Part shown: piece after piece, positions 17,863-28,488 of the stretch
How the letters are laid out: each line of letters opens with the position of its first letter
Position numbering within the stretch: the first letter of the stretch is position 1
Source: Candidatus Omnitrophota bacterium
Lineage (GTDB): Bacteria; Omnitrophota; Gorgyraeia; Zapsychrales; JANLHA01
Assembly (NCBI GenBank): GCA_020632535.1
Contig: JACKFJ010000003.1
Coordinates: 38,166-102,165 of the forward strand
Length of the DNA stretch: 64,000 nucleotides
Direction: 5' to 3'
Program-made: the position numbers and the translations under genes
Notes under the pieces: generated by a model
The model's input: the letters and a program-made list of their open reading frames with translations, nothing else
The model's database searches: none
What the model was told of the DNA's origin: nothing

Positions 17863-17918
17863 TAAAAAATTTAAAGTCTTGGAAGACTTTATGCAAACAT
17901 ATGATATAATTCCTAACT

Positions 17919-18602
17919 ATGGTTAAAGCACTGCAACATTATCAAACTTCAATCGGTCGTAAACAAATTGTCGCGACAACCGGATTACTTTTGATTTTAT
18001 TTATTACTGGACATTTGGCTGGCAATCTTTTAATTTTAGGTGGTCCAGATCTCTATAACAGTTACGCAAAATTTCTTACAGGTCTTCGTCCCGGGTTATA
18101 TTTCATTGAAGCTTTACTCGGTTTAGTTTTTTTAATCCATATCTGGGTCACATATTTATTAGTCATCACCAATATTCGTTCACGTCCCATCGGATACCGT
18201 CTCAATAGTCCAAAGGGGGATCGTTCCCTTGCCGCACAAATTATGCCTTTTACCGGCTCCATTATTTTTGCATTTTTGATTTTTCATTTATGGGATTTTA
18301 CGTTCACTCCTCATTCAGGAGCCGCGTCAATTTTGCGTGACGGCAAAGATTATGGATTGTACGGTTTGGTTTACAACGCATTTTCAGATCCTTTACACAG
18401 CACGTTTTATATCATTGCCATGGTTTGTATCGGTTTTCATTTGAGTCATGGTATCGAAAGTTTTTGCCAAACTCTCGGCTTTAAACATCCAAAGCATACG
18501 CAAGCCATCCGTCTTGTGAGTAATCTCTTTGGGGTAATGATCGGATGGGGATATAGTATGATCCCCGTGTATGTCCTTATTAAAAATATGGTTAACAATT
18601 AA
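17919..18602 (+). CDS. sdhC: Succinate dehydrogenase/fumarate reductase cytochrome b subunit (single-subunit, type-B anchor)
   Basis: 227 aa with 5 predicted TM helices and conserved His in helices (GHLAGN, FHLSHG). It lies immediately upstream of sdhA and sdhB. Confidence 0.8.
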   Translation: MVKALQHYQTSIGRKQIVATTGLLLILFITGHLAGNLLILGGPDLYNSYAKFLTGLRPGLYFIEALLGLVFLIHIWVTYLLVITNIRSRPIGYRLNSPKGDRSLAAQIMPFTGSIIFAFLIFHLWDFTFTPHSGAASILRDGKDYGLYGLVYNAFSDPLHSTFYIIAMVCIGFHLSHGIESFCQTLGFKHPKHTQAIRLVSNLFGVMIGWGYSMIPVYVLIKNMVNN

Positions 18603-18608
18603 AAAAAT

Positions 18609-20522
18609 ATGCTTGACGCAAAAATACCATCCGGTCCTTTAAAAGATAAGTGGTCGAGCCATAAGCTTCATCTGCAATTGGTCAATCCGGCGAATAAACG
18701 CAAGTATCAAGTGATTGTCGTTGGGACTGGCTTGGCAGGGAGTTCTGCGGCCGCGACACTCGCAGAATTGGGCTATCGGGTCAAAGTATTTTGCATTCAG
18801 GACAGCGCGCGGCGCGCGCATAGCATTTCGGCTCAAGGCGGCATCAACGCGGCAAAAAATTACGCAAATGATGGGGATAGCATTGAACGGCTTTTTTACG
18901 ACACAATCAAAGGTGGTGATTTTCGCGCCCGTGAAGCCAATGTGCATCGCTTAGCCGAAGTGAGTAACGCCATTATCGATCATTGCGTAGCTCAAGGCGT
19001 GCCTTTTGCGCGTGAATATAGCGGCTATTTGGATAATCGTTCTTTTGGTGGAGCGCAAGTGTCACGGACATTTTATGCCCGAGGGCAAACTGGTCAACAG
19101 CTTTTACTCGGTGCTTATAGCGCTTTGCGCAAAGAAGTTGAACGCGATAATGTTGAAATTCGTCATCGTACCGAAATGCTCGATTTAGTCACGATCGATG
19201 GTGTCGCCAAAGGCATTATTATTCGTGATCTTATTACCGGAAAAATTGAATCGCATTCCGCTGATGTTGTGATCATGGCCACAGGTGGCTATTCGTCGAT
19301 ATTTTATCTTTCGACGAATGCCAAAGCGTGCAATGCCACAGCGATTTGGCGTGCTCATAAACGCGGTGCGTTTATGGCCAATCCTTGCTACACACAAATT
19401 CATCCAACATGCATTCCTGTTCACGGTGAATATCAATCCAAGTTAACATTAATGAGCGAAGGATTGCGCAATGACGGACGCGTTTGGGTTCCAAAGCAAG
19501 CTGGGGACAAACGATTGCCAAGTGAAATTCCCGAAGAGGGCCGCGATTATTTTCTCGAACGAAAATATCCCACGTTTGGAAATCTAGTGCCACGGGATAT
19601 CGCCTCGCGCAGTGTCAAAGAACTCTGTGACGCTGGCCAAGGCGTTGGAGATACTGGCATGGCTGTTTATCTAGACTTGAGTGCCGCCATTGAGCGACTT
19701 GGCAAAGAAAAGATTGCGGAACGTTATAGCAATTTGTTTGAAATGTATGAAAAAATTTCTGGTCACAACCCATATGAATATCCAATGATGATTTATCCCG
19801 CGCCGCATTACACAATGGGTGGACTTTGGGTTGATTATAATTTAATGAGCACCATCCCGGGTCTCTTTGTTTTAGGAGAAGCTAACTTTTCTGATCATGG
19901 CGCCAATCGCTTAGGTGCCAGCGCGTTAATGCAGGGCTTGGCTGATGGATATTTCATTATCCCGTATACCGTCGGGGATTATCTCGCGCAAATCACCCCA
20001 ATCAACACCGATATTACAACATTTGCCGCGTTTAAAGAAGCCGAAGGGCAAGTCGTCCAAAAAGTCTCACGCCTCGTAAGTGCCAAAGGGAAACGTACGG
20101 CTGATGATTTTCATAAACAATTGGGTAAGTTATTATGGGACAAATGCGGTATGGCACGGACAGAAGCTGGTTTACACGAGGCCTTGGATAAAATTCCGGA
20201 AATCCGTTCCGAATTCTGGGATAATATCAACGTACCGGGGAGCGGAGAAGATCTCAATCAAAGTCTCGAAAAAGCCGGCCGCGTCGCAGATTATCTCGAG
20301 TTTGCCGAACTTTTTGTCAGGGACGCTTTGCATCGCAAAGAGTCATGCGGTGGACACTTCCGTACTGAATACCAAACTCCCGAGGGTGAGGCCAAACGCG
20401 ATGATGAAAAATTTTGTTATGTCGCGGCATGGGAGCATATTGAAGGACAAAATGAACAACAACTACATAAGGAAGCTTTGAAATTTGAAAGCGTTAATTT
20501 AACTCAACGCAGTTACAAATAA
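18609..20522 (+). CDS. sdhA: Succinate dehydrogenase/fumarate reductase flavoprotein subunit
   Basis: [15 protein letters not shown] fold, [13 protein letters not shown] (covalent FAD His context), [20 protein letters not shown]. Confidence 0.92.
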   Translation: MLDAKIPSGPLKDKWSSHKLHLQLVNPANKRKYQVIVVGTGLAGSSAAATLAELGYRVKVFCIQDSARRAHSISAQGGINAAKNYANDGDSIERLFYDTIKGGDFRAREANVHRLAEVSNAIIDHCVAQGVPFAREYSGYLDNRSFGGAQVSRTFYARGQTGQQLLLGAYSALRKEVERDNVEIRHRTEMLDLVTIDGVAKGIIIRDLITGKIESHSADVVIMATGGYSSIFYLSTNAKACNATAIWRAHKRGAFMANPCYTQIHPTCIPVHGEYQSKLTLMSEGLRNDGRVWVPKQAGDKRLPSEIPEEGRDYFLERKYPTFGNLVPRDIASRSVKELCDAGQGVGDTGMAVYLDLSAAIERLGKEKIAERYSNLFEMYEKISGHNPYEYPMMIYPAPHYTMGGLWVDYNLMSTIPGLFVLGEANFSDHGANRLGASALMQGLADGYFIIPYTVGDYLAQITPINTDITTFAAFKEAEGQVVQKVSRLVSAKGKRTADDFHKQLGKLLWDKCGMARTEAGLHEALDKIPEIRSEFWDNINVPGSGEDLNQSLEKAGRVADYLEFAELFVRDALHRKESCGGHFRTEYQTPEGEAKRDDEKFCYVAAWEHIEGQNEQQLHKEALKFESVNLTQRSYK

Positions 20523-20548
20523 CACACAAATTAATCAAATAGATGTGT

Positions 20549-20577
20549 GTCATCCCCGAAAGCTTTTATCGGGGATC
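20549..20577. repeat. Palindromic repeat locus R5 (single module, inverted orientation)
   Basis: gtcatccccga-aagctttta-tcggggatc is the reverse orientation of the ggatccccga..tcggggatgac module. Confidence 0.85.
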
Positions 20578-20594
20578 TCAACAAAACTAATATT

Positions 20595-21356
20595 ATGGAT
20601 AAAAAATTAAATCTCAAATTAATGATTTGGCGACAAAAAGGCCCAAAAGACAAAGGTGCTTTTGAAATCTATAAAGTCAAGGACATCGACACGTCCATGT
20701 CTTTTCTCGAAATGCTTGACGTTCTAAACGAGGAACTCACTCACGAGGGTAAAGAGCCGATCGCTTTTGACCATGATTGCCGAGAAGGTATTTGCGGAGC
20801 ATGCGCCGCTGTGGTCAATGGCAAAGCGCATGGCAAGCTCAAAGGCACAACCCTTTGCCAACTTCATATGCGTCATTTTGAGAATAATGAAACCATTGTC
20901 ATCGAACCTTGGCGTGCTAAAGCGTTTCCCGTTATCAAAGATCTGATCGTGGATCGAAGCGCGTTTGATCGCATCATTTCCGCGGGTGGATATATTTCAG
21001 CTAAAACCGGATCAGCGCCAGATGCAAACGCAATTCCTATTCCAAAAGAAAATGTTGATCTTGCCATGGATGCGGCCGCCTGCATCGGCTGTGGTGCTTG
21101 TGTCGCCGCCTGTCCAAACGCGTCTGCCATGCTTTTTGTGGGCGCGAAAGTTAGTCATCTTATCCATTTGCCACAAGGAAAAGTCGAAGGAAAATCGCGC
21201 GCTTACGATATGGTTAGACAAATGGACAAAGAAGGCTTTGGTAATTGCTCAAACGAATATGAGTGTGAAGCCGCTTGCCCCAAGAATATCAGTGTATCCA
21301 CGATTGCTCGTTTGAATCGCGAATTTATGTTCTCCAAGCTCACCCGCAAAACCTAG
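20595..21356 (+). CDS. sdhB: Succinate dehydrogenase/fumarate reductase iron-sulfur subunit
   Basis: CREGICGAC (2Fe-2S), [12 protein letters not shown] (4Fe-4S), CEAACPK (3Fe-4S). I prefer the ATG at 20595 because the track start (GTG at 20547) lies inside repeat R5. Confidence 0.9.
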   Translation: MDKKLNLKLMIWRQKGPKDKGAFEIYKVKDIDTSMSFLEMLDVLNEELTHEGKEPIAFDHDCREGICGACAAVVNGKAHGKLKGTTLCQLHMRHFENNETIVIEPWRAKAFPVIKDLIVDRSAFDRIISAGGYISAKTGSAPDANAIPIPKENVDLAMDAAACIGCGACVAACPNASAMLFVGAKVSHLIHLPQGKVEGKSRAYDMVRQMDKEGFGNCSNEYECEAACPKNISVSTIARLNREFMFSKLTRKT

Positions 21357-21420
21357 TACTGGCTTTCTTCCTTTTTCCTCCACTTTGTGTTAAAGTTAAG
21401 CTTCTTAAAAATGACCTGCT

Positions 21421-22791
21421 ATGAAAATCGATAAAAATACCATACTTAAATTTGATCGGCCGGGACCACGATATACGAGTTATCCGACGGCTCCAGAATG
21501 GTCAAAACAGATTAATGCCCAAACCTATCAAGAAAAGCTCAAGCAGTTCGGCAAAACCAATAAAACGCTTTCCCTGTATGTCCACATACCTTTTTGTGAA
21601 TCCCTATGTTATTTTTGCGGCTGTACGATGAATGTGCGTAAAAATGAAAACCGCTACGGCGACGAATATATTGATCATTTAGAAACTGAAATTGATCTGA
21701 TTGCCCATCATATCAAGCGCAAACCGATTGTTCGGCAATTGCATTGGGGAGGAGGGACACCATCATTCTTCAGTGAAGAACAAATGACACGATTATTTAA
21801 GAAAATTGCCAAAAATTTTACAATTGATACGACAGGGGAAATCGCTATTGAAGTTGATCCGCGACGTGTCACAAAACATAAAGTTGAAACATTACGAAAA
21901 CTTGGTTTTAATCGAATTTCAATAGGCTTACAAGATTTTGATGAAATTGTTCAAAAGCATGTCAATCGCATTCAACCCTTTTCCATGGTTCGCGAATTCA
22001 ATAACTGGTGCCGTGAAGTCAAATTTGCATCTATCAATTTTGATCTCATTTATGGAATGCCCTATCAAACACAAAAATCGTTTGCCGCAACCGTCAAAGA
22101 TGTCATATCATTGCATCCTGACCGCATCGCCCTTTACAGTTTTGCATATGTTCCGTGGCTTAAAAAACACCAAAACAAACTGCACGAAAATAAACTGCCA
22201 AGCACAGACGAAAAGTTAGAAATCTTTCTCGATAGCCGTGACGCATTCTTGCAAAATGGGTATGACGCGATTGCCATGGATCATTTTGCCCTTAAAGATG
22301 ACGAATTAAGCAAAGCCTTTCAACAGGGAACACTGCACCGAAACTTTATGGGGTACACCGTCAAGCCGGCTGATGAATATATTGGTTTGGGAAATTCCGC
22401 GATCGGCTATTTAGAAAAAGCATTTTTTCAAAATTATAAAACGATTCCTGAATATTATCGATTTCTCAAACAAAATGAATTTCCCGTTGAACGTGGCAAG
22501 GAACTCTCCAAGGACGATGATATGCGACAATGGGTGATTAAATCTTTGCTTTGCCAATTTGTTATTGATAAAAAGAATTTTACGAAACACTTTAGTGAAG
22601 ATTTTGATAAATACTTTCATCATGAGCAAAATCATATTCAAAAATGCAATACGGATGATCTGATCCAAGTTCATGATGACAAAATTATTGTCACGGATTT
22701 AGGAAAAATCTTTATTCGCAATATCTGCATGGGTTTTGACTGGTATCTGCGACAACAAAACAGCCATCAAAAATTTTCAAAAACAGTATAA
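21421..22791 (+). CDS. hemN: Oxygen-independent coproporphyrinogen III oxidase (radical SAM)
   Basis: YVHIPFCESLCYFCGC (CxxxCxxCxC), GGGTPS. 456 aa. Confidence 0.88.
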   Translation: MKIDKNTILKFDRPGPRYTSYPTAPEWSKQINAQTYQEKLKQFGKTNKTLSLYVHIPFCESLCYFCGCTMNVRKNENRYGDEYIDHLETEIDLIAHHIKRKPIVRQLHWGGGTPSFFSEEQMTRLFKKIAKNFTIDTTGEIAIEVDPRRVTKHKVETLRKLGFNRISIGLQDFDEIVQKHVNRIQPFSMVREFNNWCREVKFASINFDLIYGMPYQTQKSFAATVKDVISLHPDRIALYSFAYVPWLKKHQNKLHENKLPSTDEKLEIFLDSRDAFLQNGYDAIAMDHFALKDDELSKAFQQGTLHRNFMGYTVKPADEYIGLGNSAIGYLEKAFFQNYKTIPEYYRFLKQNEFPVERGKELSKDDDMRQWVIKSLLCQFVIDKKNFTKHFSEDFDKYFHHEQNHIQKCNTDDLIQVHDDKIIVTDLGKIFIRNICMGFDWYLRQQNSHQKFSKTV

Positions 22792-22798
22792 ATTTAAT

Positions 22799-23812
22799 AT
22801 GACTGAATCGCTTCTTCGACAATCCTTCTTAAAAACACAGACCAAAACACCCGTTTGGTTTATGCGACAGGCGGGACGTTTTCTTCCACAATATCGTGAA
22901 ATTCGCAAAAACTATTCACTCGATGACATGTTTCGTAATCCTGAGATTGTCGCGCAAGTGACTTGCTTACCTGTTGATATTCTCAAAGTTGACGCGGCTA
23001 TTCTTTTCGCGGATATTCTTACAATGCCAATGCACATAGGATTTAAAATCACATTTCATCCGGCGCACGGTCCAATTATTATTAATCCCTTTAGCTCGGA
23101 TAAAGACTTTAAACAGCTTCATAAATTGACCGACGTTGCGCATTTGCGCAAAGCAATTCCACTAATCACGAAGTCTCTTCCCAAAAACATTCCATTGATT
23201 GGTTTTGCCGGTGCGCCTTTTACGGTCTTATGCTATCTCGTTGAGGGTGGTTCATCGAGCAATTTTCGCAAAGTCATTAAGTTCATGAATGAAAACCCGG
23301 ATGGTTTTCATAAACTCATGCAATTTTTAACCCAAAACACGATTGCGTATCTCAAACTACAAAAAGATTCAGGTATTGAAATTTTTCAACTTTTTGATTC
23401 ATGGGGTGGAATTTTACGGACAGATGATTATGAAAATTTTGTTCTTCCTTATGTCCAAAAAATCTTTGCTGCGGTGCCATTGCCATCGATTTATTTCCTT
23501 AAGAATTGTGCCCACTTATTAACATCCATGAATAAATGCGGCAGCGACTTTTTATCCGTTTGTGAAACTGTCGATCTTAAAAATAATCTCATTTTACGCA
23601 AATCCGAAAAGGGAATACAAGGCAATTTATTTCATGGCCTTTTATATAGCGATGATAAAACCCTTAAAGCGGAAGTCCTTAGAGTATTAAAAGCCAGTCA
23701 AAACTTTAAGAAATATATTTTCAATTTAAGCCACGGCATACAACCGGATGTTCCTGTCGACAAGGTTCAATATGTCGTTAAACTTGTTCACGACTTTAAA
23801 CGATCCCTATGA
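22799..23812 (+). CDS. hemE: Uroporphyrinogen decarboxylase
   Basis: PVWFMRQAGRFLPQYRE N-terminal signature. The ATG at 22799 lies just after the hemN stop, whereas the track start at 22736 lies inside hemN. Confidence 0.88.
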   Translation: MTESLLRQSFLKTQTKTPVWFMRQAGRFLPQYREIRKNYSLDDMFRNPEIVAQVTCLPVDILKVDAAILFADILTMPMHIGFKITFHPAHGPIIINPFSSDKDFKQLHKLTDVAHLRKAIPLITKSLPKNIPLIGFAGAPFTVLCYLVEGGSSSNFRKVIKFMNENPDGFHKLMQFLTQNTIAYLKLQKDSGIEIFQLFDSWGGILRTDDYENFVLPYVQKIFAAVPLPSIYFLKNCAHLLTSMNKCGSDFLSVCETVDLKNNLILRKSEKGIQGNLFHGLLYSDDKTLKAEVLRVLKASQNFKKYIFNLSHGIQPDVPVDKVQYVVKLVHDFKRSL

Positions 23813-25146
23813 GCAAAACAATTATTATCGTCGGAGGTGGGATTAGCGGATTAACCGTTTTGCATCATCTCCGAAAAAAGCATGCCAACACACATGATGT
23901 TGCGATCAAATTGCTTGAAATGGAGGATTCAGTCGGTGGGACAGTTCGCACAATTCGACGCAATGGCACACAATTCGAGGCCGGCCCCAATGCTTTTCTC
24001 GATTCCAAACCAAGCACACTTGAACTTGCACAAGACTTAGGCCTCGAATCCGATTTGACTGTTGCTTCAACCGAAAATAAAATTCGTTATATTTGCCTCG
24101 AAAACAATTTGTATCAATTACCCAAAAGCCCTATATCTTTTTTTCGTTTTAAACCTCTGACATTTATCGAAAAATTGCGCGCAATCATGGAAGTTTGCGT
24201 ACCGCGAGGACAAAATCCAAACGAAACAGTTTATGAATTTGGGACACGCAGACTAGGGGAGGGCATCGCGAAATATTTTCTCGATCCTCTTGTTAGCGGC
24301 ATTTGCGCCGGGGACAGTCACGAATTGAATTTGCAATTTACTTTTCCGACAATATATAGCCTTGAACAAAAGCACAATTCCTTAATCCGTGGAATGTTCG
24401 CGAATAAAAAAGGCAAATCAGGTCAATTACGATCTTTCAAGCACGGGATGGGACAACTTATCGAAAAGCTTGCTCAACAACATGCTGATTCGATTGTCAC
24501 AGGAATTATGGTTGACCGTGTTTTACCCCAAAAGAATGGTTACGATATTCAAGCAGGTCAGACAAGTTTCTTTGCTGATGAATTGATTTTATCGACGCCC
24601 GCTTTTGCGACGGCTAACATTGTCAACGCGATGAATCCCGATTTAGCAAAGCACCTGCGTGAAATTCCTTATGCTTCCATAACGGTTGTTGGACTCGTTT
24701 ACACCGTAGAGCAATTTAAAACACTCATCCGCGGGTTTGGATATTTACGACCAACACATGAGGGCAAGGAAATCCTCGGAGTACTCTTTAGCAGCCAAAT
24801 CTTTCCAAGTCGCGTTTCACAAGGAAAGGTTTTATTACAAGTTTTGCTTGGTGGGGCCAAACATCCGCAAACTATTCGGAAAAGTGAAGAAGAAATCTTT
24901 GATATCGCACAAGAAGAGATTAAGAATGTCTTAGGCGTAACAGGTCACCCCCAAGATCAATTTATTTTCCGCTGGGGAAAAGCTATCCCGCAATACAATC
25001 GCGCCTATCCCAAAACCTATTCCACGATAAAGAACACACTACAGCAACACCCACATTTGCATTTACTTGCCAATTATCTCGACGGTATTGCACTCAATGA
25101 TTGCACCGCCAATGCCAAGGCCTTAGCGGACAAAATTAACCTATAA
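23809..25146 (+). CDS. hemY: Protoporphyrinogen/coproporphyrinogen oxidase, HemY-type FAD enzyme
   Basis: IIIVGGGISGLT dinucleotide fold and GGTVRT. 445 aa. Its start overlaps the hemE stop (ATGA). Confidence 0.8.
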   Translation: MSKTIIIVGGGISGLTVLHHLRKKHANTHDVAIKLLEMEDSVGGTVRTIRRNGTQFEAGPNAFLDSKPSTLELAQDLGLESDLTVASTENKIRYICLENNLYQLPKSPISFFRFKPLTFIEKLRAIMEVCVPRGQNPNETVYEFGTRRLGEGIAKYFLDPLVSGICAGDSHELNLQFTFPTIYSLEQKHNSLIRGMFANKKGKSGQLRSFKHGMGQLIEKLAQQHADSIVTGIMVDRVLPQKNGYDIQAGQTSFFADELILSTPAFATANIVNAMNPDLAKHLREIPYASITVVGLVYTVEQFKTLIRGFGYLRPTHEGKEILGVLFSSQIFPSRVSQGKVLLQVLLGGAKHPQTIRKSEEEIFDIAQEEIKNVLGVTGHPQDQFIFRWGKAIPQYNRAYPKTYSTIKNTLQQHPHLHLLANYLDGIALNDCTANAKALADKINL

Positions 25147-25153
25147 AGGTTGT

Positions 25154-26782
25154 TTAGTTACTTTTGGCAGCGAGGGTCTGCCATTTTTTACGTTCTCTAC
25201 TGGCAAGAATCTGAAACACACCGGCAAGAAGCAAATTGACAATAGCGCCTTGAAAAAGGACTTGCAGAGGAGTTAACGTAAACGTTGAAAAACTGTTACT
25301 CCTTGTTAAGACGCTAGTAAACAATTCAATACGTGAAAATGGTGACAACGAAGTTAGCACATAATACACGTTGATATCGATCACTTTGTTCTTCAAAATT
25401 TCTGCAAGAATAGGGATAACGATCCAGACAGAACCAACGATAGTGCCAAAAATGGCCGTCTTTTTATGATGGACACTCAAACGAAAATATTCTAAGGCTC
25501 CAGAAAAAACGGCGACATAAATCAAAATGTTTAAGCCAACGAGTATTTTTAAAGCAACGGGAGCGCTGAGAACATAGCTTAAAAGAAGCAAAGTCGATCC
25601 TAAAACAAGAGCGTATGCACATAACCATCCCACATGACTGGCACTGTCACTTGAAAGATCAAATTTATTCTTCCCGCTACGCTTAGCACGAAGGAGTCCT
25701 TTAAAAAATGACAATTGTTTTGGTGTTGCTAAAAGCGTGCCACCTAAACCAAAAAAGAAAGCAAAGCAAATAAATGAATAGATGATCCATCTTACACGCG
25801 AATCACCACCGTAATCATAATTGTACATATTCCCGTAAATTAAAAATGAATAGGCACTGCCGAGAAAAAGAAAAAGGACAAGAAAGCTTAATGTTGTCAT
25901 TTGTGCTTTAGAAAAAAGCGGAATATCAAAAGTCGAAATTTTTCGTTCAATACCCTTAAAAGCGAAAATCAATAAAGGAAGCTGGACAAGGGCTTGCAAA
26001 ATCAAAGAGGGCAGAGCAATCCCCCACCACGAATTCAAATACAATGTCTGGCTAAAATTACGATACGAGTTCTCTTGGTAGGCCATTGGGAAAAGTGATC
26101 GCCATACTTCATCATAAGCAGGAAAAAATGTCGCATGATACAAAACAGACAAATTTTGTGTCCGCATTGTGATCACTAACACATATATCCCGATAAACAT
26201 TAAAATACCAGGAAGCCTATTGAATGCCGCTTGTGACTTTGACGTCGAACTCAAAGCAAAAAGCACGAATATAGTATGATAAAAAAAGACCATGAAAATC
26301 AGACTCACATAAAACTTCATGAGAATAATAAAGGAGAATCCAACAATTAAGCTTAGTGGAATAACAAATATGAAAGTTAACGCAAACAAGCACCATTCCA
26401 ACGATGGTGCACCGAGAATGAGGCCCAAGGCTTGATTAAGTCGCGTCGTTGGGGAATTACGATGAAATTCGAGGGTTCCGCTACGACGTTCACGACTAGC
26501 CATGCGGGTTACGGACCAAGTTCCCAAAACAAGCATAAGGCCACCTTGGAGCATCAAGATTTGCCATAAACTTTTTTTCAACCAAAACATGGCATCCTGA
26601 ATCTGATATTGACTGTTATATCCACTGTAGCGATATGCATCTTGACCGTAAAACGCCGACACAAAAATCAAGAGAATAATAATCAGTGTAATCGCCACAC
26701 CAGAAATGACAGTCGGTTGCCGCATGCGCTCGCGCCAATTTTGTAAGAACAAAGCATTATCGCGTAAATCTAAGATTTTCAT
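25154..26782 (-). CDS. ABC transporter permease-like polytopic membrane protein (unknown substrate)
   Basis: 542 aa with more than 10 TM helices. Translationally coupled to the upstream ATPase by a 4-nt overlap. Confidence 0.55.
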   Translation of the reverse strand: MKILDLRDNALFLQNWRERMRQPTVISGVAITLIIILLIFVSAFYGQDAYRYSGYNSQYQIQDAMFWLKKSLWQILMLQGGLMLVLGTWSVTRMASRERRSGTLEFHRNSPTTRLNQALGLILGAPSLEWCLFALTFIFVIPLSLIVGFSFIILMKFYVSLIFMVFFYHTIFVLFALSSTSKSQAAFNRLPGILMFIGIYVLVITMRTQNLSVLYHATFFPAYDEVWRSLFPMAYQENSYRNFSQTLYLNSWWGIALPSLILQALVQLPLLIFAFKGIERKISTFDIPLFSKAQMTTLSFLVLFLFLGSAYSFLIYGNMYNYDYGGDSRVRWIIYSFICFAFFFGLGGTLLATPKQLSFFKGLLRAKRSGKNKFDLSSDSASHVGWLCAYALVLGSTLLLLSYVLSAPVALKILVGLNILIYVAVFSGALEYFRLSVHHKKTAIFGTIVGSVWIVIPILAEILKNKVIDINVYYVLTSLSPFSRIELFTSVLTRSNSFSTFTLTPLQVLFQGAIVNLLLAGVFQILASRERKKWQTLAAKSN

Positions 26783-27720
26783 GTTACGTCTTTGGCTCCA
26801 ATTTGGAAGAAAATATCTTCGACATCAGCTTCTTTAACCGAGAAATCTGAAATCGCGATTTGTTGTGAAACAATTTGCGCGAGAATATCACTCGCGTATT
26901 TGCGATCACCGGTCATAGTCGCCGTAAATTTAAAATCCGCATGTTCTTTGATATCATGAAGAAGAGACGCCTGCGACAAAACTGCTAATAATTTTTCTCG
27001 GCTGGTCGCATCAAGATTCACACCACGAATCAACAATTGACTGACCGAACCCATATGTTCGCGAATTTCTTTGAGCGTTCCCGCAACGACCATTTTACCT
27101 TTTTCCATAATCCCAATCGCATTACAAAAATCACTCAATTCCGTCAGAATGTGGCTGGAAATAATAATAGTACGGCCTTCACCAGCAACTTTTTTTAATA
27201 ATTCACTAAATTCCCGACGAACAATAGGATCAAGTCCCGCCGCAGGTTCATCCAAAAGTAAAACATCCGGATTTGAAATAAGCGTTTTGGCAAGAACCAA
27301 ACGTTGACGCATCCCACGCGATAAATCACGAACATAACTATCCCATTTGTTTAATAAATTGACTTGCTCAATCCAGTGCTTCACACGATTTAAACGTTCT
27401 TTTCGTGGAATCAAATACGCCGCTGCAAAAACATCACAATATTCCCAAACTTTTAAGTTTTCATAAACGGGCGGAAAATCCGGCATATACCCGATCAATT
27501 GTCGAGTCTTTTCTGGTTCAAGTTCTAGGTCATGACCATTAATCATGATTTGCCCGTATGTCGGATCAAGAACTCCAGCCAAAGCCTTAATCGTCGAAGT
27601 TTTGCCAGCACCATTGGGTCCAACAAAACCAAAAATTTGGCCCTTAGGAATTTCCAAATTCAAGTCGGCAACAGCCTGAACATCTTCATAATCAATACGC
27701 AAAGATTTAATCGAAATCAT
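26779..27720 (-). CDS. ABC transporter ATP-binding protein
   Basis: Walker A GPNGAGKTS, signature LSRGMRQR, Walker B LLLDEP. Confidence 0.9.
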   Translation of the reverse strand: MISIKSLRIDYEDVQAVADLNLEIPKGQIFGFVGPNGAGKTSTIKALAGVLDPTYGQIMINGHDLELEPEKTRQLIGYMPDFPPVYENLKVWEYCDVFAAAYLIPRKERLNRVKHWIEQVNLLNKWDSYVRDLSRGMRQRLVLAKTLISNPDVLLLDEPAAGLDPIVRREFSELLKKVAGEGRTIIISSHILTELSDFCNAIGIMEKGKMVVAGTLKEIREHMGSVSQLLIRGVNLDATSREKLLAVLSQASLLHDIKEHADFKFTATMTGDRKYASDILAQIVSQQIAISDFSVKEADVEDIFFQIGAKDVT

Positions 27721-27816
27721 GACCGTATTATACTCAAGTCTTCTGGCGCATAATCAAATATTTTGACCTTTTTTTAAGTTGCTTAATAATACAGCCTTTG
27801 TTATATTCATAACTCA

Positions 27817-28488
27817 ATGAAAATCGTATTACTAAAAATCTTTTTATTCCTTACAATCACGGGACTGCTTACGTCTTGCGAAAAGCAGAACGCCCCCCGC
27901 ACATTTAATGAATATACTTCGGAGTCATTCGAACAATCTTTGCCAACGATGCAAATCTCGCGCGATCAGGATGATCCACATGCGGGTTTTAATAAAGCGC
28001 AGTTGGCTAAGATGCTCTTAGAAAATAACCCTGAAAGTGCTTCACAGAACCTCATGACATGGTCAGTCCCAAAGAATTGGGAAGAAAGACCAGCGCAAGG
28101 CATGCGTATTGCAACTTTTGTTGATAAAAGTAGTCCTGAAAGCATTGATTGCTCAATTGTAACTTTAGGCGCAGGAGCGGGAGGACTATCCGCGAATATT
28201 ATCCGCTGGCTAGAACAAATCAAAGTGCCGATTCCTCCGGAAAGTGAATTGAATGCATTTATCACGAATGCCGAAAAAATCCAGATCAATGATAATTTAT
28301 CCGCGTCGATTTTTAATTTTTCAACACTGCAAAAAAAAGATTCCATAACATCTCCAAGCATGATCGCGGCAATCATTGAAATCCCTGATCAGAGAATTTT
28401 TATTAAAATGACCGGCAACAAGCAAGACATTAGTAACCAATACAAAAACTTTAAAGCTCTCATTCAATCCCTAAAATTAAAAAAATAA
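27817..28488 (+). CDS. Lipoprotein of unknown function, coupled to ccsB
   Basis: Signal peptide with lipobox LLTSC and no CxxC. Its stop overlaps the ccsB start as TAATG at 28488. Confidence 0.6.
   Translation: MKIVLLKIFLFLTITGLLTSCEKQNAPRTFNEYTSESFEQSLPTMQISRDQDDPHAGFNKAQLAKMLLENNPESASQNLMTWSVPKNWEERPAQGMRIATFVDKSSPESIDCSIVTLGAGAGGLSANIIRWLEQIKVPIPPESELNAFITNAEKIQINDNLSASIFNFSTLQKKDSITSPSMIAAIIEIPDQRIFIKMTGNKQDISNQYKNFKALIQSLKLKK

Noticed and set aside
17872-17889. Short hairpin aaagtctt-gg-aagacttt after the PQQ-dehydrogenase gene as a terminator
   Set aside because: The stem is AT-rich and only 8 bp, with no following T-tract. It is too weak to annotate.
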